DNA from: Planctomycetota bacterium
GTDB lineage: Bacteria; Planctomycetota; UBA8108; UBA1146
Direction of reading: 5' to 3'
DNA: 64,000 nt
NCBI GenBank assembly: GCA_018694835.1
Contig: JABHOG010000015.1
Location: 108,192 to 172,191, forward strand
This document shows, one piece after another, positions 36,656 to 46,089 of the stretch. Position 1 is the stretch's first letter, and the number at the start of each line of letters is the position of its first letter. The translations under genes and the position numbers were made by a program. A model generated the notes under the pieces. The model had not been told where the DNA came from. It did no database searches and saw only the letters and a program-made list of their open reading frames with translations.

Positions 36656-37387
36656 ATGAAAGACTTCAATTGGATCTACCTGCTGATGTTTGTGGTTCTG
36701 CCGATGCTCAAGAACATCCTGGAATCGAGGAGCAAAAAGAAGAAGGCGGCGGCGAAGCTGCTGGCCACTCGATCCGCTGAAGATCTCAAGCAATCGGCTC
36801 GTATTAGCGCCAGGCAACGGGGCTTCCCCGATCCTCTGTCCGATGCCGAGTTGACCGAAGCTGAATTGGAAGAGGATGTTCAAGCGTGGGTCGATGTGCA
36901 ACCTGGAAGCACGAGTCCCACTGCGCCGGCCCCCACCCCCCTGGGTGGAGGGTGGGTCGAGGTCAGCGGAGCACCGACGTCTGTGTCCACCCACTCGCCC
37001 ACCCACCCGGCCATGCGCCTGGAACCACGATCTCACCTCGATCCACCGCAGGACCCCATCGACCTGCTCGCTCAATTTCGCCAGGAGCTGACGGTCGAGG
37101 AGTACGAGAAGTGGCTCGAAGTCACCGGATCCAAGGATACGAGTCGATCCCCCAGCGTGACGGAGGATCCATACTCCAACGTCGAAAAGCGCTCCTCTGC
37201 AAACAACTGGAATTCACAGATCAGTTTATCAGGCCCCGCTCTCTCCTCTTTCACTGCGGCGGCACAGGGCCGTCACAAAAAGCAACGGTTGACGCTGACC
37301 AGGAATCAGTTGCGAGATCGATTGCTCTGGCGTGAGATTCTCGGACCTCCGGTATCTCTACGACCACCCGATGAATCGCACCTGTGA
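36656..37387 (+). CDS. Hypothetical membrane-anchored protein (last gene of the floA operon)
   Basis: 243 aa with N-terminal TM (NWIYLLMFVVLPML) followed by a low-complexity charged/Pro-rich region. No family recognised. Confidence 0.5.
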   Translation: MKDFNWIYLLMFVVLPMLKNILESRSKKKKAAAKLLATRSAEDLKQSARISARQRGFPDPLSDAELTEAELEEDVQAWVDVQPGSTSPTAPAPTPLGGGWVEVSGAPTSVSTHSPTHPAMRLEPRSHLDPPQDPIDLLAQFRQELTVEEYEKWLEVTGSKDTSRSPSVTEDPYSNVEKRSSANNWNSQISLSGPALSSFTAAAQGRHKKQRLTLTRNQLRDRLLWREILGPPVSLRPPDESHL

Positions 37388-37479
37388 TGACACCTGCTCG
37401 ATTCGAGGAGATCAGGTGACGGAGATCGATCTGTCCCCTACCATGTCGAGGTACGAGAAATTTACGCATCAGGAACCGG

Positions 37480-37566
37480 GCCGGAGTGGCGGAATTGGCA
37501 TACGCGGCGGATTCAAAATCCGCTGACTTTCGGGTCTTGTGGGTTCGAGTCCCACCTCCGGTACCA
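37480..37566 (+). tRNA. tRNA-Leu (anticodon CAA), class II with long variable arm, CCA encoded
   Basis: Hand fold. Acceptor GCCGGAG/CTCCGGT, D stem GCG/CGC with an 11-nt loop, anticodon stem GCGGA/TCCGC with loop TTCAAAA, 15-nt variable arm, T arm GTGGG-TTCGAGT-CCCAC, discriminator A plus CCA. Confidence 0.9.
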
Positions 37567-37760
37567 CAATCAGATCATCTACCAGATCAGTGAGCGCTCT
37601 CGGCACCGCTGGAGTGTACTCGGCTTCATCTTCCTGATGCACTCTCACCCGATGAATACTCTCCGGTATCCCAGTTCTCTCCGGCCACTGAAGAAGTCCA
37701 CCACACCGATCGATCCACCCCGTGCAGCCGTTGCGTTGCCAGCGTGAGAGCCCAACGGTG

Positions 37761-37800
37761 CAAAACGAAAAGAGGCACATCGGTAATCCGATGTGCCTCT
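37761..37800 (-). terminator. Rho-independent terminator of rplM-rpsI (may also stop plus-strand tRNA-Leu transcripts)
   Basis: Perfect 13-bp stem AGAGGCACATCGG / CCGATGTGCCTCT with TAAT loop (37771-37800). On the minus strand it is followed by TTTCGTTTTG. Confidence 0.8.
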
Positions 37801-37857
37801 TGTGGATCTGATTTATTTCGGACCGCAACGCTACTTTGTCGAAGTGCGATCAGTGGT

Positions 37858-38256
37858 TTAACGCTTGGAGAACTGGAACGACTTCCGTGCCTTCTTGCGA
37901 CCCGGCTTTTTCCGTTCCACCATCCGAGAATCGCGCGTCAGGAAGGTATCCTTACGCAGCGCAGCCTCGTTCTCTTCGCTGACTCGTGCCAGTGCCCTGG
38001 AGAGTCCCATCACCACCGCTCCCACCTGGCCGGTGGTTCCACCGCCCTTGATGTTTGCCCAGACATCAAACGAGCCCTCCGCCTGTACCGCACGCAGCGG
38101 ATCGGAGAGTCGAGCCTGGTCGGGGCTGAGTCGGAAATACTCCGTGTGAGCCTTGCCATTGATGGTGATCTTGCCGCTTCCTTCACGGATGCGGACCCGT
38201 GCCACGGAAGTCTTGCGTCGTCCTACGCCCCAGACATAATCGTTCGGCTTCGCCAA
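37858..38256 (-). CDS. rpsI: 30S ribosomal protein S9
   Basis: 132 aa, ...GVGRRKTSVARVRI...GGGTTGQVGAV...RDSRMVERKKPGRKKARKSFQFSKR. Confidence 0.95.
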   Translation of the reverse strand: MAKPNDYVWGVGRRKTSVARVRIREGSGKITINGKAHTEYFRLSPDQARLSDPLRAVQAEGSFDVWANIKGGGTTGQVGAVVMGLSRALARVSEENEAALRKDTFLTRDSRMVERKKPGRKKARKSFQFSKR

Positions 38257-38303
38257 AACGTTCCTCCTGCTAACCCCTGACCCTCTGGCCAGGAGCAGTT
38301 AAT

Positions 38304-38792
38304 TCATGATTTCTTTTTGATCCTTGAAGATGTGAACTCGACCTTCTCGAAGTGTGACTGCTGTGCCTGAAGCGAATGCTCGGCTCCGGCGAACACCTTG
38401 AGTTTCGACAGCATCTTACGACCCAGACGAGTCTTCGGAAGCATCCTTCGAACCGCCAAACGAATCACCTCTTCAGGCTTCTTGTCGAGCATCCAGCTGA
38501 GAGTGTTACTCTTCAAACCACCCATGTAACCGGTGTGGTAGTAGTAAAGTTTCTTTTCACGCTTCTCCCCGGAGACCTGGATCTCGCGAGCATTGGTCAC
38601 GACGACAAAATCGCCCCCGTCGACATGCGGGGTGTATGTCGGCTTGTTCTTGCCCATCAGGATGCGGGCGATCTCCACCGCCATGTGTCCGAGAATCTCC
38701 TCGGAAGCATCGACGTGGTACCACTGACGAACCACATCTTCTTTGCGCTGATTGAATGTGCGCTGAGGACTGTATTTTTGCATCTTCTCCAC
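38304..38792 (-). CDS. rplM: 50S ribosomal protein L13
   Basis: ...RQWYHVDASEEILGHMAVEIARILMGKNKPTYTPHVDGGDFVVVTNA...YYYHTGYMGGLK...MLPKTRLGRKMLSKLKVFAG.... The start may instead be the second ATG (38783). Confidence 0.95.
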   Translation of the reverse strand: MEKMQKYSPQRTFNQRKEDVVRQWYHVDASEEILGHMAVEIARILMGKNKPTYTPHVDGGDFVVVTNAREIQVSGEKREKKLYYYHTGYMGGLKSNTLSWMLDKKPEEVIRLAVRRMLPKTRLGRKMLSKLKVFAGAEHSLQAQQSHFEKVEFTSSRIKKKS

Positions 38793-39009
38793 CTAGAGAG
38801 TCGCCACGGTACCTACCGGCACCGGACCGACCAGTTCTGATCCAAGGTCATGTCGATCTGAAATTGCACAAAACGCTCGACCTGTTACTCACCGACCGGG
38901 AAAGGATCCGCCTGGATCGGTACCCTGAAAAGGTCGAACGGAAGCCCGGATCCTATTTCCAGCGGGATTTCCTGTCAACGGCCATCCACTGTTCTGGGGC
39001 GGATTTCCG

Positions 39010-41301
39010 TCATTTATTGAGTCTTTCGAGGATCGCCTGACGCGCCTCCTCGAGCATCTGCAGCAGAGTTCTGGAGTGGTCGACCCCAGATTCCCCCAGA
39101 AGCGGCAGCCTGTGCTCTAGACGCTCCCTGAGGTGCGGCAGGTCTCCTCCCCCCGCCTGGGTCAGCCAGTACTCCACCGCTCTATCGTCGAGCCACGGCT
39201 GCTGAGGGAAGGCCACAGAGGAGCCTACCCGCTGCCACACCTCATCGATCGCCTCCGAAACATCCCGAGTAGCCGTAGAAGTGGGGTTGCCAGCCACCAG
39301 GATCACCTCTCCAGTACCCGGTGGACGCCAGATCTGTACCGGCCCGAGTGCTTTTCGGAAGGAAGAAAGGATCCCAGCAAACTCCTGAATTCCGATGCGA
39401 TAGAGCTGGAGCCACTGGATCACCACCCCATCTGCAGTGATCCGACGACTCAGCAATCTATGGAAATCGGGAGCAAATAGTGGCGCTGACCAGGGTAACC
39501 ACGGTTCCGATGGTTGGATCACTATGGCATTCCACAGACGTGGATCTCGAGCCAGTAGCGCCCGGGCATCCTGGATCCGGATACTGGGGGAGTTCTTTCC
39601 CCGTAGTGCCCAGTGTTCGATGGGAAAGGCCACCTCACCGGCACTGGAGAGCAGGACATCCTTGACCGCCGGTTCAATCTCTGAAACGACGATCTTTCCC
39701 GTCCAGGTGGAGGCCGCAGAGGCTACGGTAGTGCCCCCACCGAGCCCGACGATGAAGAGGTCGCCCTGCCCGGGACCGACCCAACTCGGCAACAGTCCCA
39801 GCAATACCTCGGTCGGCAGGTCCGCCATCGAAGGCGCTGAAGAATCGATGGCCACGCTACCCTCGATCCGTCCACCGACTCTCAGATAACTGGTGTTCTG
39901 GAGCAAGTCCCTTTCGATCTGCACGGTTCCGAGGCGACCCTGAACGCTGGTCAGGATTTCCCGGTTCTTCCACGCAGAAAGCGCCGTGCCCTCGATGATC
40001 TCCGAGCGAGACCACTGGAAGACCCCCGCTCCGAGCAACGATGCATCCCAGAACTGAGATGCGGACGCCAGCAGAAGCGCTCCACAGAGGTAGGAAGAAG
40101 CGGCTCCGCCGTGGCCTGACCGGAGCATCGGCAGACCGCCCACCAGTGTGGCGAATCCGCAGGCACCGAAGAGCCAAAGGGGACCATATTGAGGAATGAT
40201 CCAGAACGCAGCCATACTGGCACCGATCATCGATCCCAACAGGTTGAACCCTTGCAAGTACCCGGCACCGCGATCGAGTCGTCCCACTTGCCCATGGGAG
40301 ACCATCAACGAGGGGAGAATCAGACCGCAACAGAAACTTGGCAATCCGAGGATTCCCATCAACAGCAAGGACTTGATCACCACAAGGGTGACTCCCTGGT
40401 TCTCACCGACCCATCGAATGGCGGCAAGATAGAAGTATGGGCTCCAGGAAATCAGCAGCAAAGAGAGACCTTGAGAGATCAACCAGGAAGACCAGGCGAC
40501 TCTGAGGAAGCGAGCCTCACCAAATTTCTTGCGCATTTCTGGCATCAAGAGTGCACCCGCTGCGGCGCCCAGCAACGAAACTCCAGTCGAGATCCCGAAC
40601 ACCAGCAAACTCGAACCCAGTACTTCACCGAGCACTCGTACCCAACCCAGTTGTAACGCAAGCGAGATGCATCCGACCCAAGTTGCCATCAGAGTGGCTC
40701 GCTTGCTCACTCGACGATCTTCTCGGATCAACTCCGATTCCGTCGGCGTCACTGGTTCAGAAGGCAACGATGCCAGGCCCAGGAGCAACAGGCTCATCAC
40801 CAGAGTTCCGTGGACTCCCAGTAACGGCAACAGAAGCACCGGAGTCACGATGGCTCCCAGTGCACTTCCCAGATCGATGGCTGCGACTCCAGAGGAGGAT
40901 CGATGGAGCACTTCCGATGAATGGGTTCGAAATGCGGTCGTCACCGCAGCTCCAAGGGGGATCGAAGCACAGAGAAGTGGCAAGGAAACCACGATTTTAC
41001 CCAGCGTTGTCGAGACCAGCTCAAAACCTTCGATGAGCATGGGCAACAGGTAACCGACCCACACCACCGCCGCGACACAACCGAGCAGTGCGATTCGACA
41101 CCAGGTCGCAGGGACCGACCTGCGCTCCTTTACCGAAGCGGAGAAGATCTGACCGATGGCAAATCCGGCCAACGCCACCGTCACTGCCAGTGCAACCCCA
41201 TCGAGAGCACTGCCGAGAATCTTACCCAGTTGCCTGGCCAGTAAGATCTCCAGCATCATGGTCGAGGTTCCCACCAGTGCGAGTAGTCGATTGGCGGTCA
41301 A
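39010..41301 (-). CDS. Fused polytopic membrane / spermidine-synthase-like protein
   Basis: 763 aa. About 12 N-terminal TM helices, then a C-terminal SAM-fold spermine/spermidine-synthase-like domain (...DLFIVGLGGGTTVASAA...IVIQPSEPWLPWSAPLFAPDFH...). ATGA-type 4-nt overlap with the upstream gene. Confidence 0.75.
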   Translation of the reverse strand: MTANRLLALVGTSTMMLEILLARQLGKILGSALDGVALAVTVALAGFAIGQIFSASVKERRSVPATWCRIALLGCVAAVVWVGYLLPMLIEGFELVSTTLGKIVVSLPLLCASIPLGAAVTTAFRTHSSEVLHRSSSGVAAIDLGSALGAIVTPVLLLPLLGVHGTLVMSLLLLGLASLPSEPVTPTESELIREDRRVSKRATLMATWVGCISLALQLGWVRVLGEVLGSSLLVFGISTGVSLLGAAAGALLMPEMRKKFGEARFLRVAWSSWLISQGLSLLLISWSPYFYLAAIRWVGENQGVTLVVIKSLLLMGILGLPSFCCGLILPSLMVSHGQVGRLDRGAGYLQGFNLLGSMIGASMAAFWIIPQYGPLWLFGACGFATLVGGLPMLRSGHGGAASSYLCGALLLASASQFWDASLLGAGVFQWSRSEIIEGTALSAWKNREILTSVQGRLGTVQIERDLLQNTSYLRVGGRIEGSVAIDSSAPSMADLPTEVLLGLLPSWVGPGQGDLFIVGLGGGTTVASAASTWTGKIVVSEIEPAVKDVLLSSAGEVAFPIEHWALRGKNSPSIRIQDARALLARDPRLWNAIVIQPSEPWLPWSAPLFAPDFHRLLSRRITADGVVIQWLQLYRIGIQEFAGILSSFRKALGPVQIWRPPGTGEVILVAGNPTSTATRDVSEAIDEVWQRVGSSVAFPQQPWLDDRAVEYWLTQAGGGDLPHLRERLEHRLPLLGESGVDHSRTLLQMLEEARQAILERLNK

Positions 41302-43994
41302 GGCGATCCCTCCTCGGATTGCTGATCCTGACGCTCATCCTTCTCCACCGCATTCAGCGCATCTTCGATTCTCGAGCGGAGTTGAGGATCCTCGTCTTCA
41401 TTTTCGAGCAGGTGCTTTCGGTACCATTTTGCCGCTTCTGGTAATTTTCCGGCCTGGTGAGCCATCGCACCGATCTGGCGGAAAAGTCGCGGTTCCTGCA
41501 CTCCCACTTGTTGCTGATCCAACAACATCTTCAGTGCGGATTCAGCGCCCTCTACCTGCCGAAAAACCTCTGCCGCTTCCAGGATGAAGGCTCCACGCCC
41601 CACCACCTCGACTCGATCGAGCAGGTCACGGTAACCCACGAGAGCCAGCGGCCAGTCCTTTTGTCCGGCATCGAGCCGAGCCACCCTCAGGATCAGATCG
41701 ATTCGGCGTTGCTTCTCGGCCGGGCCTTCGGCGTGTTTCTGCGCCTCCACCAGCGCTTCGCGCGCCTTACCGGGCTGCCCCCTCCCGAGCATCCGATCTG
41801 CCAGCATCGAAAGCGCAGTGATGCGAGTCGTATCGATCTGAGCCGGTGCGGTGCCATCCTTCAACTTCTTGCGGATCGCCGCCTGCTGGATGCCCTGAAG
41901 AGCCTGTGGATTATCCGGCACCACCTGCAACACCGTACGGAAGTGTTCCAGCGCGGCATCGATCTGATCGGTGGAGAGTAGAAGTTCGCCGAGTGACAGA
42001 TGCGAGGGAAGATGTGTGGGATCACTTTCGAGAACTCGAATCAGCAACTGACGCGCCTCTGTCGATTTCCCGAGCCCCAGCCAGGCCTCTGCTTTCCGGT
42101 ACAGAGCACTACTTCGACGTCCCTCCTCATCGAGATGAAGAAGCGCCTCATCGAATCGTGCCAATGCTTCTTCGAAGTTTTTCTCCTCCAACGCCATCAT
42201 CCCCGCCTGATACTCGACACGGGAGATGGCTCTTCCACTGATCTGCTCCGCCAGTGCTCTCGCTTCTTCGAAGTAACGGGTTCGATTTTCCGATTCAGAG
42301 GTTGCGGCCAGATACAGGGTGGCATCGAGACGGACAGGGTCCTGCACCCGGTCGAGAAGCACCAGTTGTAGTGCTGCATCTCGGGCCCCGGGGTAGTCCC
42401 CCAGTCGCTCCTTGACCTTGAGAGACTCGTACAGCGGTGCTTGCTGGAGAGCAACGGCGGTCCCATCAGTATCCTCTTCAGCCAGCAAGATGTTGAGGTC
42501 CCGATCCGCCTGGGTCAAATTTCCATCTCCGCCGATCTCTGCCAGTAAACCGGCTCGAATCTGCAACGCCTGGAGATACATCCCCTGCTGCAATCGATCC
42601 CGCGATTCCTCGCTAAGGATCTCGATGGTGTGGCCAAGATCGGCGATCGCCATCGACTTCCAGCCACGATTTCTGGCCGCTTCAGCGTGTCCAAACCAGG
42701 CGCGTGCACAGTTGGGCTGCTCCGCCACGGCACTGTCCCAAAGAGGATAAGGGCCCTCCCAATCCACCAGCCGATCCCGAGTCATCAAGGTCATCAAGAT
42801 CCCTAGAACCACCACAATGGTGATCCTGGAACCCGGGGTGCGACCTTCGAAGAAGCAGAGCATCGCAGCCCACGGGATCAGTAATGCGACCATCGGCAAG
42901 TAGATAAACCTCTCCGCAAAGCGTTCAGGGTGAGGAAAAATCTGCAGGACAGGGGAAAGCAAGACGATAAAGAGGGGCACCACCATTGCGGCCAGATAGG
43001 CCCGCTGACGAAAGCGTCTCCATGAGTACAGCAAACCTCCCGCAACCAGTAACCAGCTCGCCGCAGTAGTCCAGGGCTGGAGCCATCCAGTCGAGGCGGA
43101 AAATGCTGCGTGTGAATAATCGACCGACAATCCGACCGGCCAGAGAAACAGACCGACGTAGGAGATCATAGCCCGCCCGGCGGTCATCACTGTCGTCAAC
43201 GGAGACCCACCCCAGTAACTGGCCCCGGCACCGGGATCCTGAATCGACAGGATTCGGATCGACATCGCCAGCATGACCAGCGTCACAGGAATCCACATAC
43301 GGCTCCAGTAGCGCCACTCTTTCCGGTCGGATGGTCCCCCAGGATCGATCCAGGTCAGCGCCAAGAGCACCAGTGGCAAAGTGGCGGCCATCTCCTTGGC
43401 GGCCATCGAAAGCCCCCCCAGTAGCGCCACCAGCAGCACGCGACCCCAACCGGGCCTGGTCCCCCCGCCCAGAGCCAGCAGCAAGGCTCCCAGGTAGGCC
43501 GCTGTGAACAGTACATCTCGTCGACCGGAGATCCACGCCACGGCTTCGGTTTGAACTGGGTGAACCAGGAATGCCATCGCCACCGCAAAGGATGTGAAGT
43601 GCCCACCTGGGGGATAGATTCGAAACGCCAGCAAGTAGAGCAGGGCCGCACACAAACCATGCAGGAGAAGATTATGCAGGTGGAATATCACCGAAGCTTG
43701 ATCCCGATCGAGACCCAGTTTCATCGAAACCAAGGCATCCAGACGATAGGAGAAAAAGCGTAAAGGTCGAAATCCGACGCGCACCTGATCGGTCGATGGG
43801 TCGGGTTCAGAGACCACTGTCCACCACTGAGTCAGCTCTTCTGGAACTCCATCGAAGGATCTCCACAGCCATTCATTCTTCTCGACCAATCGGACATCAT
43901 CGAAGACCCAATCCCCGTCAAGGACAGGGAAGTAGACCAGTACCGATGCGATGCATGCGAGAATGATAATTCCACATCGAAGTCGCTGGCTCAT
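41298..43994 (-). CDS. TMTC/PMT-like GT-C glycosyltransferase with C-terminal TPR array
   Basis: 898 aa. N-terminal ...DGDWVFDDVRLVEKNEW... (the F-x-DD motif of TMTC/DUF1736-type GT-C enzymes), about 10 TM helices, then about 450 aa of TPR repeats. Confidence 0.7.
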   Translation of the reverse strand: MSQRLRCGIIILACIASVLVYFPVLDGDWVFDDVRLVEKNEWLWRSFDGVPEELTQWWTVVSEPDPSTDQVRVGFRPLRFFSYRLDALVSMKLGLDRDQASVIFHLHNLLLHGLCAALLYLLAFRIYPPGGHFTSFAVAMAFLVHPVQTEAVAWISGRRDVLFTAAYLGALLLALGGGTRPGWGRVLLVALLGGLSMAAKEMAATLPLVLLALTWIDPGGPSDRKEWRYWSRMWIPVTLVMLAMSIRILSIQDPGAGASYWGGSPLTTVMTAGRAMISYVGLFLWPVGLSVDYSHAAFSASTGWLQPWTTAASWLLVAGGLLYSWRRFRQRAYLAAMVVPLFIVLLSPVLQIFPHPERFAERFIYLPMVALLIPWAAMLCFFEGRTPGSRITIVVVLGILMTLMTRDRLVDWEGPYPLWDSAVAEQPNCARAWFGHAEAARNRGWKSMAIADLGHTIEILSEESRDRLQQGMYLQALQIRAGLLAEIGGDGNLTQADRDLNILLAEEDTDGTAVALQQAPLYESLKVKERLGDYPGARDAALQLVLLDRVQDPVRLDATLYLAATSESENRTRYFEEARALAEQISGRAISRVEYQAGMMALEEKNFEEALARFDEALLHLDEEGRRSSALYRKAEAWLGLGKSTEARQLLIRVLESDPTHLPSHLSLGELLLSTDQIDAALEHFRTVLQVVPDNPQALQGIQQAAIRKKLKDGTAPAQIDTTRITALSMLADRMLGRGQPGKAREALVEAQKHAEGPAEKQRRIDLILRVARLDAGQKDWPLALVGYRDLLDRVEVVGRGAFILEAAEVFRQVEGAESALKMLLDQQQVGVQEPRLFRQIGAMAHQAGKLPEAAKWYRKHLLENEDEDPQLRSRIEDALNAVEKDERQDQQSEEGSP

Positions 43995-45130
43995 CGCAAC
44001 ACCTCCGAAAGAACCGCCTTGATCGAATCTCCACAGCGGCGACGAGAGAACCGATCCTTGTCCTGTTTCTCGAGTTGCTGCCTGGCACTCACCAGAGTTT
44101 GAGGATCAGCAGCGAGTTGGACCAGTAAACCGGCGAGAGACTCGCGGATTTCCTCATCTCGGTCGCCCTGCAGGGCAAACCAACCATCACTGCCCGAATA
44201 CAGGGCAGGGATCCCTCCCACAGGAGTCGCGGCCACCGGCAAGTTCCGGGCGATCGCTTCCTGAATCACCAGTGGTGTTCCCTCGGAGTCACTGGGCAGT
44301 AACAGGAGATGGCTTCGATCCATTGCCGCTCTCACCTCGGAAATCGATTGATTCCCACGCACATCGATCCGCTGGGCATCATCGAGGCGCTCGAGAGGTC
44401 CCTCGCCGATCACCTCAAGCGACAGCGAAGCTCCTCGCTGGACCGCTTCTCGAACCGCTTTCAGTACCCGCAGATACCCCTTCGATGCGATCCGCTCTCC
44501 CACCCAGAGCAAGCGAATGGGATAGGCAGGAGCCGCTGACCGGGGTGCTTCGATGAACTCGGGGTCGATGCCCACAGGAAGCACCTGAACACCAGTGAGG
44601 CGGTGGCGATCATGAAGTTCCTTTGCCATCTCATCGCTGGCAGCCAGAATTCGATCTGCAGAAGACAAACCCATCTTCAGCAGGGTCTTGCCCAGTGCGG
44701 TACGGCCGTATCGATGGATATCAGAGCCATGACACCAGACGACGTATGGACAGCGCAGTCGTCGAGCATTACGACGGGCCACCGCAGCGGCGGGAACCGC
44801 CCAGTGGGTCAGGATCACTGATGGTTGCGTCAACGGTTTCCAGCGACACGCGGCACCGTGCATGCCTTGCATCCAGGATACTTTCGCCAGCAGACTCATC
44901 TCTCCTTGCCTCGGGGATCTGCCTTCAGAACGGTAGCGAAATCTACGCACCTTCAGTGGCCCATCGATCTGTTCCAGAGGATCTTCATCGTGGATTCGAG
45001 GGGCCACGACTTCGGTTTCGAAGTCGGCTGCCAGTTCAAGGTGTAAATCGCGGATGAACCGTGCCCGCGACGGCTCACGAAGACCTGGCCAGGAAGCAGT
45101 GAGAACCCGAAGTGCGGGCATTCGAATCAC
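43991..45130 (-). CDS. Glycosyltransferase family 4 (GT-B fold)
   Basis: 379 aa. C-terminal ...LLLLPSDSEGTPLVIQEAIARNLPVAATPVGGIP... (E-x7-E-type retaining GT motif). 4-nt overlaps on both sides. Confidence 0.8.
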   Translation of the reverse strand: MIRMPALRVLTASWPGLREPSRARFIRDLHLELAADFETEVVAPRIHDEDPLEQIDGPLKVRRFRYRSEGRSPRQGEMSLLAKVSWMQGMHGAACRWKPLTQPSVILTHWAVPAAAVARRNARRLRCPYVVWCHGSDIHRYGRTALGKTLLKMGLSSADRILAASDEMAKELHDRHRLTGVQVLPVGIDPEFIEAPRSAAPAYPIRLLWVGERIASKGYLRVLKAVREAVQRGASLSLEVIGEGPLERLDDAQRIDVRGNQSISEVRAAMDRSHLLLLPSDSEGTPLVIQEAIARNLPVAATPVGGIPALYSGSDGWFALQGDRDEEIRESLAGLLVQLAADPQTLVSARQQLEKQDKDRFSRRRCGDSIKAVLSEVLR

Positions 45131-46089
45131 TGCTGATGCTCCCGTGTTTCATGCCTGGATTTGTCGACTCGGTAGGCGGGCCGACTACGTTCCTTCGCGC
45201 CCATCCATTCCGCCATCACTCCTGCCAGCAACAGTTGGAGTCCCGCCAGAACCAGCATCGCTCCCAGCGCCAGCAGCGGGAATCGATGCTGGATCGATCC
45301 CTCGAAGATTCTGAGATAGGCGATGAAGGCCAGAATCACGCTCCCGGGAATAGTCGAAACCAGGCCCCATTTCAGGAACAAGATCCCAGGGCGAGAATGC
45401 CCCTGCAGCAGCGCCAAAACCACCACCAGATCCAATGCTGCAGAAAAAGCTCTCATCGGACCGAAGTGGGAATTCCCGGTCTGTCGCTTTCGATGCGACA
45501 CCTGAACTTCCCGTACCCGATACCCCCAGTGATTGGCCACCAGTTGCATGAAACGGAATCGCCCCCCGGAGAGGGGCAATTCGCGAGCCAGTTCCTTACG
45601 CATCAGTTTGAATCCACAGTTCCCGTCATGAAGAGGCGGTCCTCCCACCAGACGGACCGCTTTGTTGTAAAGGAAGGAGGAGATCCTCTTACCGACACCA
45701 TCTCGACGCTGGTGACGCCAGCCGATAACCATATCGGCTCCTTGCTCCATGACACTGAGAAGTCGATCCAATTCCTCAGGTGACTCCTGAAGATCAGCAT
45801 CGATGGTGGCGATCAAACTTCCACGAGCTTGATCGAATCCTGCTCCCAGAGCATCCCCCTTGCCGAAGGGTCGGCGAAGGCGCACACAATGCAGTCGATG
45901 GTCCGCCGCGCACAGTTGCTCCAGTATTTCACCGGTGCCATCACGAGAACCATCGTCGACCAGGATGACTTCAAAGGATTCGATTCTCGACTCTTCCAGA
46001 GCAGGCACCAACTGGGTGATCAGATCGACCACTCCGGCCCTCTCGTCACGAATCGGGACCACCATCGAAAGATCGGGGACGAGTGTCAT
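45127..46089 (-). CDS. Glycosyltransferase family 2, polyprenyl-phosphate sugar synthase type (Dpm1/ArnC/GtrB-like)
   Basis: ...SMVVPIRDERAGV...ILVDDGSRDGT...DADLQESPEE... plus two C-terminal TM helices. Confidence 0.8.
   Translation of the reverse strand: MTLVPDLSMVVPIRDERAGVVDLITQLVPALEESRIESFEVILVDDGSRDGTGEILEQLCAADHRLHCVRLRRPFGKGDALGAGFDQARGSLIATIDADLQESPEELDRLLSVMEQGADMVIGWRHQRRDGVGKRISSFLYNKAVRLVGGPPLHDGNCGFKLMRKELARELPLSGGRFRFMQLVANHWGYRVREVQVSHRKRQTGNSHFGPMRAFSAALDLVVVLALLQGHSRPGILFLKWGLVSTIPGSVILAFIAYLRIFEGSIQHRFPLLALGAMLVLAGLQLLLAGVMAEWMGAKERSRPAYRVDKSRHETREHQQ

Noticed and set aside
30636-37566. Considered whether tRNA-Ala and tRNA-Leu flank an integrated genomic island
   Set aside because: There is no integrase, transposase or phage gene between or beside them. 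I did not see a repeat of either tRNA 3' end. The intervening genes (lipid enzymes, NfeD/FloA) look like ordinary chromosomal content.
37469-37828. 119-aa minus-strand ORF
   Set aside because: It overlaps the hand-folded tRNA-Leu(CAA) gene (37480-37566) and the rpsI terminator hairpin. Its sequence is not protein-like.
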